From contig JANOHV010000188.1 in NCBI GenBank assembly GCA_031406795.1, positions 1-46,149 on the forward strand: 46,149 bases of DNA, written 5' to 3'. The notes beneath the pieces were generated by a model. That model saw only the letters and a program-made list of their open reading frames with translations. It had not been told where the DNA came from and did no database searches. Below, one piece after another: positions 43,817-46,149 of this stretch (the stretch's first letter is position 1; each line of letters starts with the position of its first letter). The position numbers were made by a program, and so were the translations under genes. The DNA is from Candidatus Rokuibacteriota bacterium. GTDB taxonomy: Bacteria; JAUVQV01; DATDCY01.

Positions 43817-43957
43817 CGTTCCCTCCCAGTTTACCCGGTTTACCCGTCTTGCCATGTCTGCCTTAAACCTTCCGCCGCCGTGCGCGGCGGCACCAAACCC
43901 CGGCTCACCTCCCCTCCTCCACCACCTCCTTGCGTTCCCAAAACTCCCTGTTAACCG

Positions 43958-45583
43958 CTACTGCTCCGGGACGAACGGCGGCGGAGACTTGTCCCAGAGC
44001 AGCTGCCTGATGCTGTACTGCTTGGCGATGTTCTCGACCACGTAGAAACGGTCGCCGACGATGTGGGCGCCGTTGGGGTTCGAGAGGCCCGGCGCCCCCT
44101 TGCCGTCCTCGTTCGAGAGCATATACTTGAAGCCCCCGTTCCCGTCGAAGATCTGTGCGGTGTTCACGGTCTTGTCGACCGCGAAGAACCAGTCGCGCTT
44201 GACGTCGTGGGCCATCCCGTTGAGATACATGAAGGTGCCGACGCCGGCGCCACGCTCACCGAGCTGCTCGACCTTGGTGCCGGTGTCGTCGTAGAAGGTG
44301 ACGTGCGCCTCGCCGTCGACGACCACGATCCGGCTGCCGTCGTTGCTGACCTCGATCCCGATAGGGAACTTGAGCTCCAGCGGCTCGATCGCCTTGCCGG
44401 CGTCGTCGTACTTGGTGCCGAAAGCGAACTCGAACTTCAGTTTCTCGTCGTAGACCTGGACCTGGTGGTTGATCTGGTCGGTGACGTAGAAGCGCCCCAG
44501 CTTCGGGTCGTGCGCGATCCCCCAGGGTTGGGTGGGCGGCAGCTTCGGGTTCTGGTAGGCCGGCACCGACCTCACGAACTTGCCGTCCGGCCGGAGGATG
44601 TGGATGTACGGCCCGGTCTGATCCGTGACGTAGAGGTCGTCGTCGACGATGACGATGCCGCTCGGGGTGTCGAGTTTCCCCTCGCCGCGGCCCGGTACGC
44701 CGTAGTGCGCGACGAACTGGTTGTCCTTGTCGAAGACCGCGATCCTGTGGCCGGCGCCGTCCGCGATGTAAATCATGCCGTTGTCGGCTACGGTGATGTC
44801 GCGCGGCTGCTTGAGCAGATCGAGCTTGTTGTCGAGCGTGAAGAGGTTCTTGGAGTGCAGCGGGACGGAAGTGAGCTTCTTCTTCTTCTTGGTGGTGTCT
44901 TTTGCAGCCGCCGCGATCGTCACGCTCTTCTCGGCGGAGTAGCCGGACTCCTGGAACGAGTCGTCGAGGGTGGTCAGGACGTAGTGGTAGGTCTTGCCGA
45001 GCTCGACCTTCGCATCGATGAAGGAGGTCTCGGCCGAGGAGTTGATGCTCTGGTAGTCCTTCCCGGAGGTTTCGCTCCGGTAGAGATTGTAGGCGATCGC
45101 CTTGCCGGACTTCGGGGAATTCCAGGAGAGCCCGACCCGGTAGTTGGTCTTGCCAAACTCGGTGCTGGCGTCGGCCTTGATTGCCACCCACTCCGGCGCG
45201 ACGGTGAGCACCTTCTTGGACCCGGGGATCGCGATGGCGCGCTCATCGCCGTTGGGGCTGAGCTCGGCGCCGGCGACGGCCTGCAGGACGTAGAAATAGT
45301 TTTCACCCGGCAGGACGGTCGCGTCGAAGTACTGCGGCTGCGCCGGGGCGGCGATTTCGACGTGTCCCGAGCCCGCCTTGTCGCTGCGCAGGACCTTGTA
45401 GCCGCTGGCCCCCGGCACCGGCGTCCATCGCAGGCCGACCGAGCGCTGCGCGTCAACATAGAGGACGGCGACCCACTTGGGCGCATCGATTGCGGCGGCG
45501 CTGCCGACCATGGCGAACAGCATGGTACACGCGCAGATCAACCCCGCCGCGACGGACCACAGACCTGACCTTGTTCTCATCAT
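43958..45583 (-). CDS. Fibronectin-III + NHL-repeat beta-propeller protein, paralogue 3
   Basis: GGAGG RBS (45596-45600), signal peptide, APKWV, two FN3-like repeats, NHL repeats (QPRDITVAD; TPSGIV; QPWGIA; FPIGIEV). Start 45586 or 45583. Confidence 0.92.
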   Translation of the reverse strand: MMRTRSGLWSVAAGLICACTMLFAMVGSAAAIDAPKWVAVLYVDAQRSVGLRWTPVPGASGYKVLRSDKAGSGHVEIAAPAQPQYFDATVLPGENYFYVLQAVAGAELSPNGDERAIAIPGSKKVLTVAPEWVAIKADASTEFGKTNYRVGLSWNSPKSGKAIAYNLYRSETSGKDYQSINSSAETSFIDAKVELGKTYHYVLTTLDDSFQESGYSAEKSVTIAAAAKDTTKKKKKLTSVPLHSKNLFTLDNKLDLLKQPRDITVADNGMIYIADGAGHRIAVFDKDNQFVAHYGVPGRGEGKLDTPSGIVIVDDDLYVTDQTGPYIHILRPDGKFVRSVPAYQNPKLPPTQPWGIAHDPKLGRFYVTDQINHQVQVYDEKLKFEFAFGTKYDDAGKAIEPLELKFPIGIEVSNDGSRIVVVDGEAHVTFYDDTGTKVEQLGERGAGVGTFMYLNGMAHDVKRDWFFAVDKTVNTAQIFDGNGGFKYMLSNEDGKGAPGLSNPNGAHIVGDRFYVVENIAKQYSIRQLLWDKSPPPFVPEQ

Positions 45584-45649
45584 CACAGCCTCGTTCCTCC
45601 CTCTGCCCGCGCTGTACGGGCCATTAGTGAACTGCAAGCGTAGGGAGGC

Positions 45650-45678
45650 AGTGTAAAATCCCCGTCTGTTCGTGTCAA
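45650..45678 (-). promoter_or_regulatory. Sigma70-type promoter
   Basis: TTGACA-17 nt-TACACT on the minus strand. Confidence 0.6.
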
Positions 45679-45724
45679 GAGACCGTTCTTCAATCACGTT
45701 TTGTCCTCCGTCGCTTCCTTAGTA

Positions 45725-45741
45725 AGCATAATCGGTGCCAG
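45725..45741 (-). promoter_or_regulatory. Sigma54 (RpoN) -24/-12 promoter
   Basis: CTGGCACCGATTATGCT matches TGGCAC-N5-TTGCW with exact GG/GC spacing; AT-rich tract upstream (45770-45825). Confidence 0.6.
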
Positions 45742-45912
45742 AGTGCGAGGCGCCGGCAGGCTAGGCGCCGAATAAATGCTTCTCTGAAAAAACAGTGCCT
45801 TACAGAGTTGTTTCAGTAACCAATGCTCGTCGTGCCCACCCCGTGTCCCTGGTTGGCCCAGGAAAAGAGGCATATGCCCCACCCGCGCGAATTTACACGC
45901 ACCGCCCGCCCC

Positions 45913-46149
45913 TCAGTCCATAGCCCGCAGGTACTCATCGCGGAAATGTTCGATGGCCTCCTGGCGCATCCCCTGGGCGACGATCACGAGGGTGATCGCC
46001 GCCCGGTTGAAGCTCTCGTCGAGGTTCGCCGAGACGGTGCGCCAGCGCGTGGGGATCGGCTGGACGAAGCGCTCCTTGAGGGCCAGCCTCAGCGCCGCCT
46101 CGCGCAGAGCGTCAGCGGGGCGCTCCCAGGAGGCGCGGATCTCGCTGAG
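45913..46149 (-). CDS. Hypothetical protein, 5'-partial (C-terminal 78 aa)
   Basis: Open frame from the window end (LSEIRASWERP...EYLRAMD) to TGA at 45913-45915, with GC3-rich codons. Confidence 0.65.
   Translation of the reverse strand, partial: LSEIRASWERPADALREAALRLALKERFVQPIPTRWRTVSANLDESFNRAAITLVIVAQGMRQEAIEHFRDEYLRAMD

Noticed and set aside
43900-43957. Possible cyclic-dinucleotide (GEMM-I) riboswitch, suggested by GGGAACGCAAGG
   Set aside because: No GGCAAACC...GAAA P2 stem or tetraloop receptor can be built.
12054-45568. Other long antisense or alternate-frame ORFs (e.g. 12054-13682, 18500-20236, 32002-34254, 36070-38358, 39034-40740, 41600-43954, 44063-45568)
   Set aside because: They overlap well-supported genes and are low-complexity Arg/Gly/Pro/Val products expected in high-GC DNA.
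45694-45882. 62-aa minus-strand ORF and the 5' extension of the NHL gene to 45697
   Set aside because: Both overlap the AT-rich promoter region and have atypical codons. The RBS and signal peptide place the true start near 45583.
1-46149. CRISPR arrays, rRNA, tRNA (including tRNA-Sec), integrases or IS elements
   Set aside because: No regularly spaced short repeats, RNA-gene signatures or recombinase motifs were seen by eye, and the intergenic gaps are short. A covariance-model scan was not run.

Overview
GC-rich bacterial DNA that is almost entirely a multiheme cytochrome c island. The gene content resembles Geobacter/Anaeromyxobacter-type loci, but the taxon cannot be fixed from this window. 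By manual translation it encodes about 188 heme-binding motifs in seven cytochromes. (1) A giant minus-strand ORF starting at 11415 runs off the left edge (at least 3805 aa, about 89 heme motifs, with a tandem-duplicated 21-heme module); the ORF track misses it. (2) A 34-heme paralogue-like giant lies directly upstream. (3) Three cassettes each pair an FN3+NHL beta-propeller gene with a 14-heme cytochrome whose first four hemes look OmcE-like. (4) A 15-heme Lys-rich cytochrome. (5) An 8-heme cytochrome split by an in-frame TGA in a C-G-V-U motif with a SECIS-like hairpin, i.e. a probable selenocysteine cytochrome. Accessory genes are five TlpA/ResA-like CxxC redoxins, two parvulin/SurA-like chaperones, an ECF sigma factor with a ZAS/CBM48-like anti-sigma, two TMTC-like GT-C/TPR glycosyltransferases, an FGE-sulfatase-fold lipoprotein and a frameshifted spermidine-synthase-like gene. 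The best overall reading (inference) is a production, maturation and regulation locus for extracellular cytochrome wires. Heme counts are hand counts and may be off by one or two; no database searches were run.
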